The notes: generated by a model from the letters alone, not told the origin. A stretch of 62,804 nt of DNA, filler included, from Phoronis australis (GCA_002633005.1; 8 parts of 8 records of this genome joined end to end with filler, not necessarily neighbours in it), one strand, 5' to 3'. Shown: positions 13,701 through 25,500, counted from the first letter of the whole stretch. Numbers and translations are program-made.

Positions 13701-16700
13701 TTGATGAGATTTTGCTGTAATTTTGTGTCACTATCACCCGGCCTGGTGACAGCGCTTAACACAAGCGATGTGTCACGAGCGCTCAAAAATTCGACTGACT
13801 TCAAATTTTGCACTCGTATTTTCAGATATTCATTCGTAAAAGGAGATGACGAAAAAAAAGAAAAAAAAAACGCCGGGCGCCATTCAGCGCCTGCACGGAT
13901 GAGTCGTTTTTATTTAAATTTTCCACACGAGTCGGAAATTGCGACCATTTCATTGGCAGATCAGTCCTTGAATTTTTGGCTGGTACTTTTTCAATGTAAG
14001 TTTCTTCTATTTCAAATTGCGTGCATAGGTACTTGAAAAAACGTGCCAGTTGGAGACCGCCGCCTTATCTTTCACAACTAGCCTAACGGTAATGGCAACT
14101 CCTTTGAATTCCAGACATGTGTTTGTCCAGGTGGAAAGGGAAAAGTTAACGGGGTTTGACCATTTTGTCTCTCTTGCTTGCGGTATTTTCTAGAGACACC
14201 ATGCACAATGCTTAGCGATGGTGGTGGTAAATGTCTGGTTCCCTACCTGTAGTTGAAATTTGATTGATTAGTTGCATTCGTCTAATTGGTGGTATGTAAG
14301 TCTTTTCAAACACGTCTTTTTCCGTAGTAGTCACAAATAAAATCAGTTTTTATTTGCTTGCCTCGCAACTTCTGAAGAGGACTGGCGTAACATAGGGAAT
14401 TTATTTTGGGACGCAGTTTGCATTCTCTGCAATCCATGTAATTCATTCAATTTTGATTGTCCCAATACCACGCACATCAACACTTCCATTGTTCTGGCGT
14501 TTTGTTATTAAATAAATTACTACTTTTTAGAAAGCATCCCGTGACTCCAAGTCCACTGCTAGGATGATAGCGTCAAGGTTGTCACATAGGTGTTTTGAAA
14601 TCGTGAAAGGTATAATTACCCAATCCAAGAACAAGAAAACGATTCCTCTAAGTAGGTTCAGAGGATTGCATGGCTTAACGGAGGAAGAAATGTATAATAT
14701 GCTGGTTTCCTTGTCAACTGCAAAGGAATTGGATTGGGCGTCATTTCAAGAACGTGTAACAATGCTGAAAGATTCTAAACGGGTAGGTCTATATCTCCTA
14801 TGCAGGACATAGTATGCCTCATAACACCGGCGTTCTTTCAGAGGGTACTTGTATGGAGAAATTGTATCAAAAATTTAATTATAAGTATACATGAAAAATG
14901 AGCAATGAAGTTGGACTTCAGATATGTTTGCAAACACAAGCTATTTTTTCATAAACAGTGGTCTATCTACACGATAATTAGAGGAATTACCTTTCTTAAA
15001 TTGATGTGAGTAGTTCCGACATTTGATATAAGTTTGCAATTCTGAATCATGCTTTCAAACTCGTGGCAGGCAATTTCGTTCATTTATTTTTGTTGTGTAT
15101 TTGCTGAACATAATGATACACAGACCATTTGTCTTCAGGACAAACAAGCCCCAGTGGCATTTCTTCAGCATCTGGACAACACAAGATGCTCATTGGTACA
15201 AGGTAGCAAGAGGCTTACCTTCTCCTCCTTAGAAGTGCAAGTGGGACCTAATCGTTTCCTTGTATCATCAGAAATGCTAAAAACCTTCATCGAAACTAAT
15301 ACTGGTATGGACTGTTTTGGTGAAATAAGTAGTGTATTTGTTTATGAATATTTGCATGTTAATACTGTACGTATGCACGTATTCTAAATGGCACATTTAA
15401 GATTCACTGTTCATGATGTCCGGTTGTAAATTTTCTCTCCGATAATTATACTAGTTTAGTAGTTCTTTAAATCGGTCATTATTCCAATGTTGCAGATTCC
15501 TTCGAACCCGCACCTATTAAGAAAACAAAACGGAAATTGGATTTGACCGAATCGTGTTCGGAAGATAGCCACACAACCGTTGGATCGTTAAACTTGGAGA
15601 CAGAAGAGTCATCAATTCCTGTGACCAAAGTTAGATCTCAAAACAGTACAGAAACACACACGCAGATCCCCTCATGTGCACCACAAAATTTACAGCCACA
15701 AAATGACATCCAAACACAAATCCCCTCCTGCGCACCACAAACTGTTCGGTCAGAAAATTACATCCAAGCACAAATCCCCTCCTGCGCACCACAAACTGTT
15801 CAGTCAGAAAATTACATCCAAGCACAAATCCCCTCCTGCGCACCACAAACTGTACAGTCAGAAAATTACATCCAAGCACAAATCCCCTCCTGCGCACCAC
15901 AAACTGTACAGTCAGAAAATTACATCCAAGCACAAATCCCCTCCTGCGCACCAAAAACTGTACAGTCAGAAAATTACATCCAAGCAGAAATCCCCTCCTG
16001 CGCACCACAAACTGTACAGTCCCAAAATGACCTCAAAACCCTCTTCCCAGCCAGCACAGAATCCTACATCACTAAAAAAAATCAAAATACACAACCACAG
16101 TCGCCCAGTTACACCGAGAGTAGACCAACTGCACCATCATCGAGCAACCAAGTTGACATACAGTTTTGCACTGATCTGGAAATTGATGAAGAGTCAGAAG
16201 ACGACGACATTTCTTTGGCCAATAGTGCAAGTATGTCTGATTGTTTTTAACAAAAAATTGAATTTACTGGGGTTAAGGCTTGTTTGCAAGGATACGTAAG
16301 CAACAATCTTTCAGTCCCCAACCTTTCAAATTCCGCTGCTTTAAAAATAAATTTCAATTAAAAGATTAGACCACTAAATTGAGAAGGCATTGACGGGTCT
16401 ATAAGGTAATATTCTACTGAGCAGGCAGTGTGGCCCGATTTCTTTACTCCAGGTTGTGGGTTCAAGTGCCACTGAGTCACACTGCTAAACCCTTGAGTCA
16501 GGGTTCTAGAAACACAACTCGGTTTTAACTATAGATTAATAAAGCATAAAAATGGTTTCAGGTGATAAATGCAATGTGCCCACATGCGCGGCCTACGCAC
16601 GTCTGGTACAACGTGTATCAGACCGCCTGCAACAATTTTTATTGCAATTAATACTTTACTCATTTCATTCACAATAGAGTAAATGAGTTGATCCTACAAT

Positions 16701-17223
16701 GTGGTCGAACTTGCAATCATTTTAGAATTGAACGGGATTAACAACCGCCTTGTGGCGCTTAGCGCGTCTTATTTACGTGAGTAAATAACTTAGCATTGGT
16801 AGTGATATGTTATTGCACAGCAAGTCATTTTCAGATATGCTTTGTTTTAGAGCACTTGCAACATTACAGGTTTAGAATGGTGTATCTAAATATACTTATT
16901 GTCATCGCATTTTAGACGGATTTACTTTGTGGGAATCGGTCAAAGGCGTCGAAGAAGGAGACTGGGTAGCAATAAGACCACCAGCCAAACATTACAGGCC
17001 TTCTAAGCCTTGGCTTGCAACTGTAGAAAAGGTCTTTAAGAGATCTTTAAAAATTATTTGGTGGGGAGGAAGTTACAAAGGCTTTTGGAGAAAAGCGCCA
17101 TATGCTGCAAAAAACAAAGACACTGTTCACATGGAGCAGGTAGTTTGCCGCTTCCGCTGGGATGACTCTTCAAAAATGCCGGAAGGATTAGTAATTAGGT
17201 TAAAGAAAATTTTAGATGAGTAG
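7712..17223 (+). CDS. Spliced gene (about 958 aa): unknown N-terminal region, ParB/sulfiredoxin-like domain, 18-aa tandem repeats, C-terminal Tudor/BAH-like domain
   Basis: Hand-spliced exons are 7712-7811, 7997-8070, 11188-11610, 12628-13446, 14531-14782, 15139-15304, 15496-16230 and 16916-17223. All introns are GT..AG with matching phases (1,0,0,0,0,1,1), giving 2877 nt with no internal stop. The junctions from 11610 onward are strong; linkage of the 5' exons is less certain. A probable 5' non-coding exon donor lies at 7442/7443. Confidence 0.75.
8241..9580. mobile_element. Non-autonomous hAT-like DNA transposon relic in intron 2
   Basis: Termini are CAGGGCTCAA (8241) and TTGAGCCCGG (about 9580), with clustered subterminal ACTTGCCC(G) motifs at both ends. 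No TSD is visible. Confidence 0.5.
10216..10658 (+). pseudogene. Candidate disabled exon of the ParB-like gene
   Basis: Acceptor ttaag|ATT is phase 0 (matching exon 2) and donor CT|gtgagt is phase 2 (matching a good acceptor ttcag|T at 11253). The single frame IVFVSHGSVAQHYCLG...FQKFLECLVDEVEAKRIDF...RTCYPRL has three in-frame stops (10288, 10345, 10510). Confidence 0.4.
10751..11014. mobile_element. CAGGGGCGGATC-family MITE (gapped copy)
   Basis: Begins CAGGGGCGGATGCAG and shares internal sequence (GGGCACnGGAnTAACCAGAATTTCG) with the copy at about 58779. Its right end is the reverse complement of the 59430 copy's left end. Confidence 0.55.
12628..13446 (+). CDS. Exon encoding a ParB/sulfiredoxin-like N-terminal (NTPase/nuclease-fold) domain
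   Basis: 273 codons between ttcag| and |gtaaga. The motif order RRVRDLDDDFVLTLEKDI...APLVGFV...YTIEAIDGNHSFHAQ...REMILYHGLSDEDCVRIGLKRN fits the ParB/Srx pattern, with the catalytic Arg position of DGxHR read as Ser. Confidence 0.75.
15663..16040 (+). repeat. Coding minisatellite, 54-bp unit, about 7 copies (QIPSCAPQTVQSENYIQA)
   Basis: Units begin at 15663, 15717, 15771, 15825, 15879, 15933 and 15987. They are near-identical and frame-preserving within exon 7. Confidence 0.95.
16424..16634 (+). mobile_element. tRNA-derived SINE in the last intron
   Basis: tRNA-like head GGCAGTGTGGCC...GGGTTCAAGTGCC (B box). The body matches the reverse-oriented copy at 30917-31119 down to the ACCGCCTGCAA tail. 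Confidence 0.7.
16916..17223 (+). CDS. Terminal exon encoding a Tudor/BAH/SH3-like beta-barrel (putative chromatin reader)
   Basis: EGDWVAIRPP...PWLATVEKV...LKIIWWGGSYKGFW...DTVHMEQVVCRFRW has the strand pattern and aromatic residues typical of Royal-family/BAH barrels. The phase-1 acceptor tttag|AC fits exon 7. Confidence 0.6.
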
Positions 17224-18074
17224 TAGTGGTTATTTGTAGCGGTGCTAAAGTAAACTTTCTCCAATTTTAGTGCAGTTGTGACCACTCGCAAATCTAAGAG
17301 AACATTTTCTGGTGCTACACTGTAGCTGAAGTGCAAAATTTGAACGTCAAAAATATTGATTCAAAGCTATTACAAAAAATTGGGTAATTAAAATTGCTCT
17401 GGCGTGCCTTATTGGGCCTACATTGGTAAGACTTAACTGCAGCTTAGTTTACCGGATTTATACCCTTTATCTGTTGTATGGGTGTCAATTTGTTTAAATG
17501 TGCATGATGCCATGACAATTGTGTGGTGAAAATGGCATTGTTTCGATTTTGGTACTGGGATGGAATGTAGTTTTAAATTTATTTGGAGACTGTTATAATT
17601 CTTATTACATGTTTTATCGTACAAATAGAAGAATAGTGGCATCTAAAACCTGTACAGAAGTTCTTAAATATAAGCCAGGGAGAAAAAAATACTGGGATCT
17701 ATATAACTGCGAAAATAATGTATATGTGTTTAAATTTAAGCCCCTGAGAAGAACACTTGAGGCTGTTTTAGTAATGTGGGTGTCCTTAAATTGCACTCTG
17801 TCCACTGCCAATATGGGCTTTTTTGTATTAGGATTAGTTAGGATATTTGACAATTGTATTTTTTTAGTTTTGATTTCTTTTGAGATGTGTTCGGCTGAAG
17901 TAACCAACCTGTCAACCTTGACAGGTCAAAAAATACCAACCATTTTAACGTTTCACGTCTTACAGGAACGACCACCCATAATTTGAGTTTTTTTCTGAAG
18001 ACCACTACCCATGAATTTTTATTTCTACTGCCGTCCCTTCCCACACGGATTTTACTGGAACAGCCCTTACACTT

Positions 18075-18880
18075 GTGCTTAATTTTAGGCCAGACTTCCG
18101 ATCTTGCACAGAAATTCTTAAATTTAAGCGGTATGTTCATGTATATTGCTTACTCTTGTGCTTAATTTTAGGCCAGATATCAGACCTAGCACAGATACTC
18201 TTAAATTTAAGCGGGATGTACATGTATGTTGCTTGCTCTTTTGCTTAATTTTAGGCCAGATTTCAAACTTAGCACAGATATTCTTAAATTTAGGCGGGAT
18301 TTACATGTATTTTACTTGCCCTTGTGCTTAATTTTAGGCCATATTTCAGAATTAGCACAGATATTCTTAAATTTAAGCGGGATGTACATGTATGTTGCTT
18401 GCTCTTTTGCTTAATTTTAGGCCAGATTTCAGACCTAGCACAGATATTCTTAAATTTAAGCGGGATGTACATGTATGTTGCTTGCTCTTTTGCTTAATTT
18501 TAGGCCAGATTTAAGACCTTGTACAGATAATCTTAAATTTAAGCTGAATTTACATGTATTTTACTTACCCTTGTGCTTAATTTTAGGCCAGATTTAAGAC
18601 CTTGTACAGATATCCTTAAATTAAAGCGAGGGTTTATGTTACTTACCCTTGATCTTAATTTTAGGCCAGATTTCAGATCTTGTATAGAAATTCTTAAATT
18701 TAAGCCATGTTTATGTTACTTGCTCTAGTGCTTAATTTTAGTCCAGATTTCAGACCTTGTACAGAAATTCTTAAATTTAAGACGAGTTTATGTTACTTGC
18801 ATTTGTGCTTAATTTTAGGCCAGAGTAGGAGATACCGATTTTAAAACGTACTTGTACAGATATTCTTAAGTTTAAGCATC
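18075..18880. repeat. Tandem array of about 83-bp units, about 10 copies, each with a CTTAAATTTAAG palindrome
   Basis: TGCTTAATTTTAGGCCAGAT recurs at about 83-bp spacing (about 18077, 18160, 18243, 18326, 18409, 18492, 18575), then at slightly shorter spacing. Each unit holds two related half-sites. Confidence 0.92.
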
Positions 18881-21800
18881 GTTTTTGTTATTACATTTGT
18901 ACATGTATGGCAGATTGTACTGAAATTGTTAAAATATATCTTTTTCATGTAGTTGTTTCCTTATTTATCCACATAAGCCTATAAAATCGTGACTTTGGAC
19001 CAAAACAGAAAAGTTTAAATTTTCAGAAGAACCGGTNNNNNNNNNNNNNNNNNNNNNNNNNNNNNNNNNNNNNNNNNNNNTTAATTAATTAANNNNNNNN
19101 NNNNNNNNNNNNNNNNNNNNNNNNNNNNNNNNNNNNCAGGTATTACAGATATTACAGATATTGGTTGAACGATGAGTGCACTGTTTTTGGTCATCTCAAG
19201 TCAAATTCTGTTACAAAGTTTATTATATCAACTTCACTAGCTTTATATTCTGTACAATGAGTCATCAAAGCTGCAGTTACCAACAAAAGAAAAATGCACA
19301 GTTGATGTGTGGTTCATATTTTGGCAACAGGTGTCACTGCTGCTCCATTTTAGACGCACATACAAAAGCATGAAACGGGCGAAAACTCAAACATTTTAAA
19401 TGGGGATATTCTTGCGGCACATCATATTATTAAAATAATGACATTTATTTAGCTTTTGGTGTTTTCAAAAAAAGATGAAGTAGATGAAAGTACAGCTCTG
19501 AAACACACGTTTGGAGTTGAGCAAGGTCGGTGTCCCTATATAAAGTACAGAATTGCTGTGGCACATGAGTCTACTGAAAGCAGACACTCTGGCAACCAAA
19601 CATGTGCTTAATGATTGATAGGCCTACCAAATACTTTGAAAATAGTTTGAACATTGCAACATTTGAAATACATTGTATACTTCTTTCTGAGTTGAAAGGG
19701 CCAACTTCTCTCTTTGATTAACTGGGAGTCTTAGTAATCTTACAATGTGGGTGTCCAAACTGGAGAAATTCTGATTGACAGGGCGTCCAAATGATNCGTC
19801 CTTGCCAGGGCGTCTACATTAGTGCTAGGGCGTCCATTTGGACGCCCAGGACGTACGCTGCATGAAGGCCTGTTCTGTGGTCATTGTTTTCTTGAACTCT
19901 AAATTACTATTCATTCGGTGTGGTAACATCTCAACAATTTCGGACAAAAATAGTTATCAGCTATTACCAAAATTGCTGGTTTTACATTTTTCAAAGACTT
20001 CCAACACTGTTTTAGCATGGTTTCTAAAGCATAGTTGGCACTAAGTAATCATTTTGTGAGCTTTTGAAAAACAGAAGCAGGGCACTTTCTAGCCAGTTGA
20101 ATAGGTTGAAATGCAGGCAGTAATAAAAACTTCAATATCTGTTGTGGACCACCTCTAACAATTTTTGCCAACAGTTAGTTCACGCCTCCAACTTTTTGAG
20201 AAGTGCTTAGAGCATTCCTACGCTGTCACTCCTGCAGAGGTAAGTCTATCGACTTGCAGTGCCTTTCATAGCAATGTCGACCAGTGGAAATTTTGGAAAG
20301 ACTACTAGTCCTGGATCAGTAGTGTCGGTGAACATTGCTGTAAACAGGTGGATTTAACATCGAATCAAAATGTGGATGTTCTTGTATAAAGTTGCTTAGC
20401 TAGTGCCCACCGGTTTGCTTTAATTCACCTTCTCTTAATGCCTGGAAGATTATTAGAAATAATTAGACTTGTGTTGTTTGCTGTTCTCTGTAATGTCCCT
20501 TTAATGAGTATCTAACTAAATCTAAATTGCTTCCTGGAATTTCGGTAATTTGTCATATTACGTTTACTTATCATTATGACAGACTCATTAATTCCCCCTG
20601 TAATAACTTACATATTGCACAAAGTGCATTGATTCCTGAACCTGATGTGATAAAATGTAACTTGTGAATAGCTTTTTGTAGGAATTCTGTAAACGCCCCT
20701 TATCCAAATACATGCACATAGACCTACTGTGTACATTTGGAAAATTTTCGGAACACAGCCTCATGGTCAATTATAGTTATCTGAGGTTTGTAGATTTCCT
20801 AAAATGAACACAGTAACCAGCGTAGAGCAAAAACAAGGAATTTGTGAGAAACATTGTGTATTTTAGCATATTTCTGGTTTATAACAAAATACACGTTTTT
20901 AATTGGCAATTCTTCATCTAAATATGGAGGACAAGTGAATTTCATTTTTTCACTTTTCCATAAACACAAAGTATAGGAAAATTTTAGCATATTATTAGCT
21001 TGGCTTGTACAGTCGCGGAAAAAAATTGGTAAAAATATTATTCACTGGTTGCATGAATTCGTCATTATGCTTGTAAGTAAGCAGTTGTGTCCAAGGAAGC
21101 TACAGTAGTTATGTGTGTTTGGAACAGGCACGCTTTCACGTTGGCGTCGTTAAAATTGATGCTAAAATGAGACGTATTGTCTTAACGAACAATGCACAAC
21201 AAACACTTTTGCAGTGCCAGCAGCAGTAAATTACTTGCAGGAAGATAATTTGCCTTTTNNNNNNNNNNNNNNNNNNNNNNNNNNNNNNNNNNNNNNNNNN
21301 NNTTAATTAATTAANNNNNNNNNNNNNNNNNNNNNNNNNNNNNNNNNNNNNNNNNNNNCTAATATTTACTGTCATGACCCTCAGGACGTGTTATCACTTA
21401 TGTTGTTTTGATTTGATGCGACGTTACGTTGGGCGTGCGCACTAGAGCGCCACCTGCAGTACGGTTAATCCGTGAGTGGAATTTTAGGCATACTGCCAAC
21501 ATCAATTGCTTCCACTTGTCGTTAATGGTTATGACTTCACGAAACAAACATTAGGTTAAGCATAAGAACCCGCAATTGCCGATTTCAAGTGTATTTTCAA
21601 CGGTCTTGTTCATTTAAATCAGTAAGAACTCGTCTGCTCGTCGGCCATATTGAATCATTCTTGTATACCTTCTGTTCATTACAGTGTCATACGAGAGGCT
21701 GATTAAAGGTGCTTTTGATGTCAGCTCCTACAGTCTGTTCCACAGATGTGCAAAACCTGAAAAATGAACAATATACTTGACCAAAGTCTTGAAAAATCTC

Positions 21801-22529
21801 GCACACTATCTGTTGAAACTAAATTTAAGTCAAGTTTTCTATCTGTTAAAACGTTAGGAAGTGCAGCTGGCTACATGAAAAAAAACGAAAAAAGTACACC
21901 AAGTCAAAACTTTTCACCCCTAACTCGCAATTTACATGTACGTGCGATTTCTAGGAAGTGAGGGACACTGCATTGACACTGCCAAAACTCTCCACAATAC
22001 AGAAGTCAGGTGGAAGGTGGATGTCGACCAGACAGATTTTTACAAATCCAAAGTGTCTGAAGGGTAACTGAGTTTCGTGCTAAATTTCAAAATACCGCTT
22101 GTCAGCAGTCTCTGCTGAGCAAGAAGTGGGCGAAGAAGTCAACAGCTAACAATAAAGTTCACTCAGAACAGATTGAAAAATCTAACAAATGCCATTCGTA
22201 GCCTTTACATCCAGAACAGAACTTAAAATGTCCAGCTAACCCAGCAAACGCCAATTTTTAATGAAATTAGAACAAACAAATTGAACCGTGACTCAAAGTA
22301 CTGTTGAGTGCCACCTTAGACCTTGACATGGTAGTGATTACGTAATGGGTTGTATCAGCAGCGAAGCAATTCAGCTCATGTTTTAGCTCTATTGTTATGC
22401 AAAACTACTGACTTCATTTCTGACGTACCACCCAGAGGCCAGTCGTCACCTTATGCGAAGGTCATGGTTTTAAATTTTGGGCGGACTGCACAGGATACAT
22501 GAGTTGTGACTAACATGTGAGACAAGACC

Positions 22530-25500
22530 ATGGAGCACGTCTTTGACTTACTACTCGTGTTTGTGATTTTGGTTGTCTGCAATCACCAAACATATGCAGG
22601 TATGCTCTTTATCTACAAAATGCTAGTCTCTCGAAAAAACACTGTTCATTCATGCGTCTCAAAATTGACTGAGGCATTTCTAGTTGTGCAACTATTGCTT
22701 TCTCAGAAATTGTTGGGTTGAACTATACACCAGTGTTTCAAAACCGTATCTTTCGACTCTAGGTGAACTCCCTTTCTCCAGTTAAAGCTGTTTTTATGTA
22801 CAGACAGGTTATGTGGCTATAGACGCGCAAAGCGTTTGCCACACTTGTCCATTTAGCAGACGTTTGAGCTTTTAAACACGCTTTAAGTCCTTTGAGAATT
22901 AAAAAGTGTCAAACATTTTTATGCGCCCACATATTTATAAGTGGACGCATTATGCCGTCATCTTCGTCCTTCCGTCCGTCCGTCCGTCCGTCCGTCCGTC
23001 CGTCCGTCCGGGCGGCATCCGTCCGCCGTCCGGCGTCCGCTGCTCTATCTCCAAAACCCTTTGACATACGTTCATGAAATTTGGCACATATGTTCCATTC
23101 ATGAATGGGACGGCATGAGTGCACTATCAGACGGATCCTACTGCCGGTGTGCCCCCTAGTGGCAGTTTTAGTTTTTACGCTTACCGTTGTATCTTCAAAG
23201 TCCTGAACGGATTTTCATGAAATTTAGTATGTAGGTACTTATTAGTGAGATGACGCTATCTTCCTGTTTTCGAATGGATCGACGTAGTTTGCGCCACCTA
23301 GTGGCCATTTTTACTGTTTTCGAGTCTGTTTTTTTGCGTCCCCCCTCTATCAACCAAACCGCTCAAAGGATGATTGTGAAAATTGGCATGTATGTGCTTA
23401 CTATGAAGAGGACGGTTGACGATGATTTTCCGGCGATTTTGACTACTGAGGCGCCTCCTAGTGGCGTTTTTTTTTGCCTATGGCTGTATCTCCTTAACGG
23501 TTAGCAGGATCTTTACGAAATTTAGTAAGTATATTTATATGATGTTAACAATGGACGACGACGACTTTTAGACAGAACCGACTACCGGTGTGCCCCTTAG
23601 AGATAATTTTATTTTTTTACGTTTACCTTTGTATCTTCAAAAGTCCTCAACGGATTTTCATGAAATTTAATATGTAGGCACCTGTTAGTGAGGTGACGCT
23701 ATCCTTTCGTTTTCGGATGGATTTGACGTAGTTTGCGCCACCTAGTGGCCATTTTTTACTGTTTTCGATTCTGTTTTTTTGCGTCCACCCCTTTATTAAG
23801 CAAACCGCTCAAAGGATGATTGTGAAAATTGGAATGTATGTGCTTACTATAAAGAGGACGGTTGACCATGATTTTCCGACGCTTTCGACTACTTTGGCGC
23901 CTCCTAGAGACAGTGTTGTTTTCGTTGCGTCTATGGCTGTATCTCTTAAACCGTTCGCAGGATCTTTACTTAATTTAGCAAGTGTATTTATATGACGTTG
24001 ACTACGGATGACGACGACTTTCGGACAAATCTGACTACTGCTGTGCCCCCTAGTGGCAATTATAGTTTTTTACGTTTGTCTCAGGATCTTCAAAGGTCCT
24101 CAACAGATTTTCATAAAATTTTAAATATAGGCTTCTGACGCTATCTTAATGTTTTTGGATGGAATCGAGGTATTTTGCAACACCTTGTTCCCATTTTTTA
24201 CTGTTTTCAAATCTTTTTTTGGTGTCCACTCCTGTATCAACCAAATCATTTGAAAATTGGCATATATGTTCTAAGTGTAAAGACTACCTTTGATGATGGT
24301 GACTGACTACTGTTGCGCCTCCTAGTGGTAGTTTTGTTTTGTGCCCATAGTTATATCTCCTAAACCTACTGCAGGATATTTATTAAATTTAGTAAGTGAA
24401 TTTATATGAAGATAACTACAGACGACGACGACTTTCAGGCGGATCCAACGGACACTGTGCCCACTAGTGGCAATTTCATTTTATTCTTTTTTCCTTTGTT
24501 TCTCTGAAGTTGCTTGACAGATTTTTATGAAATATTATGGCATGTTCCTGTTTTTGGTTGGATTGCATGTTTTTGCGCCATCTAGTGGCCATTTGTATAT
24601 TACAAATAAATAACCCTAAAAGCACACCATTTGCAATGCATTCGTGGGTGCATTTCAAGGCTCCGCGTTGCTCTTGTTAAATCACTTCAAAATGGTTAGC
24701 TTTAGTCAGCGTGGATTAGGTTGCATAAAATTTTGAAACTTAAAAGTTTTATCAATGCTTGGCCAAAATACGCAATTTGCTACAAGGTGACCATCGAGGG
24801 ACGACGGTTCACCGCAACGTGTGGACTCTCCTGGAAGTGGTGTTGCAAAGAGTTTCATTTGCGTTGCCAACAAATTCCTTTGCCTGTATGATCAGGCCTT
24901 CGCATGAATAATTTACACGACAATAAGGTCATTGTTGACAGGAAAGTGGCGCGGGAATGTGTGATTGATGTGATCCAGCATATCCAGCTATGTACTATTA
25001 GCCATACAAATACCGCTTCATTGTAGGTCCTGTTATTCCCATTTCGAACACCGTCGATGCAACAACCGTGATGAGCGAAATCGTGACAGCAAAAACGACT
25101 TCAGGGGAAGGAAATGGTATAACAAGACCACGTGAAGTTCGTTGTTCTATTGAAATTAACTTTTTCAAATCCCCCAATAACACCGCGACTGATTTGCTTA
25201 TGGAGGCTTTGGAACACAAGAGCAGTGCGGTGTTTGACACCCAAGAGAATTTCGTTTGTGAAGAACTGACACGAGCCTTTAAAGATAAATTCAAAAAAGA
25301 TATCGGAAATCTGAGTTGCACTGTTCGTCGTTTCTTTGGAAAGGACCAGGTAAGCGCCATAGTTGCCATGGAATTACGAGAAGACCCGAAAGCCGAAGAC
25401 ATATACTCAAAAAGTTGGTACTCATTTGGAGATTTGATCACATTTACTCAAGTCCGTTCGCCTTTAGCGTATCATTTGAATCGATCTTTAAGGCAAAATT

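Noticed and set aside
15631-16299. Alternative-frame ORFs over the 54-bp array (HKSPPAHHK... and VVRRRGF...)
   Set aside because: They are by-products of a stop-free repeat. Only the QIPSCAP frame fits the flanking splice phases.
18075-18880. Regular repeats that might suggest a CRISPR array
   Set aside because: The intervening sequences are themselves repeated, so there are no unique spacers. The context is eukaryotic and there are no cas genes.
19037-19136. TTAATTAATTAA centred in N-runs (also about 21303, 28466, 31787, 45205, 55600, 58067)
   Set aside because: These are identical fixed-size scaffolding spacers with stops in all frames, so they are assembly artefacts and not a biological motif.
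19900-20780. Coding-like - strand frames between two gaps
   Set aside because: They contain multiple stops and no recognisable motif, so they cannot be distinguished from chance or assigned to a family.
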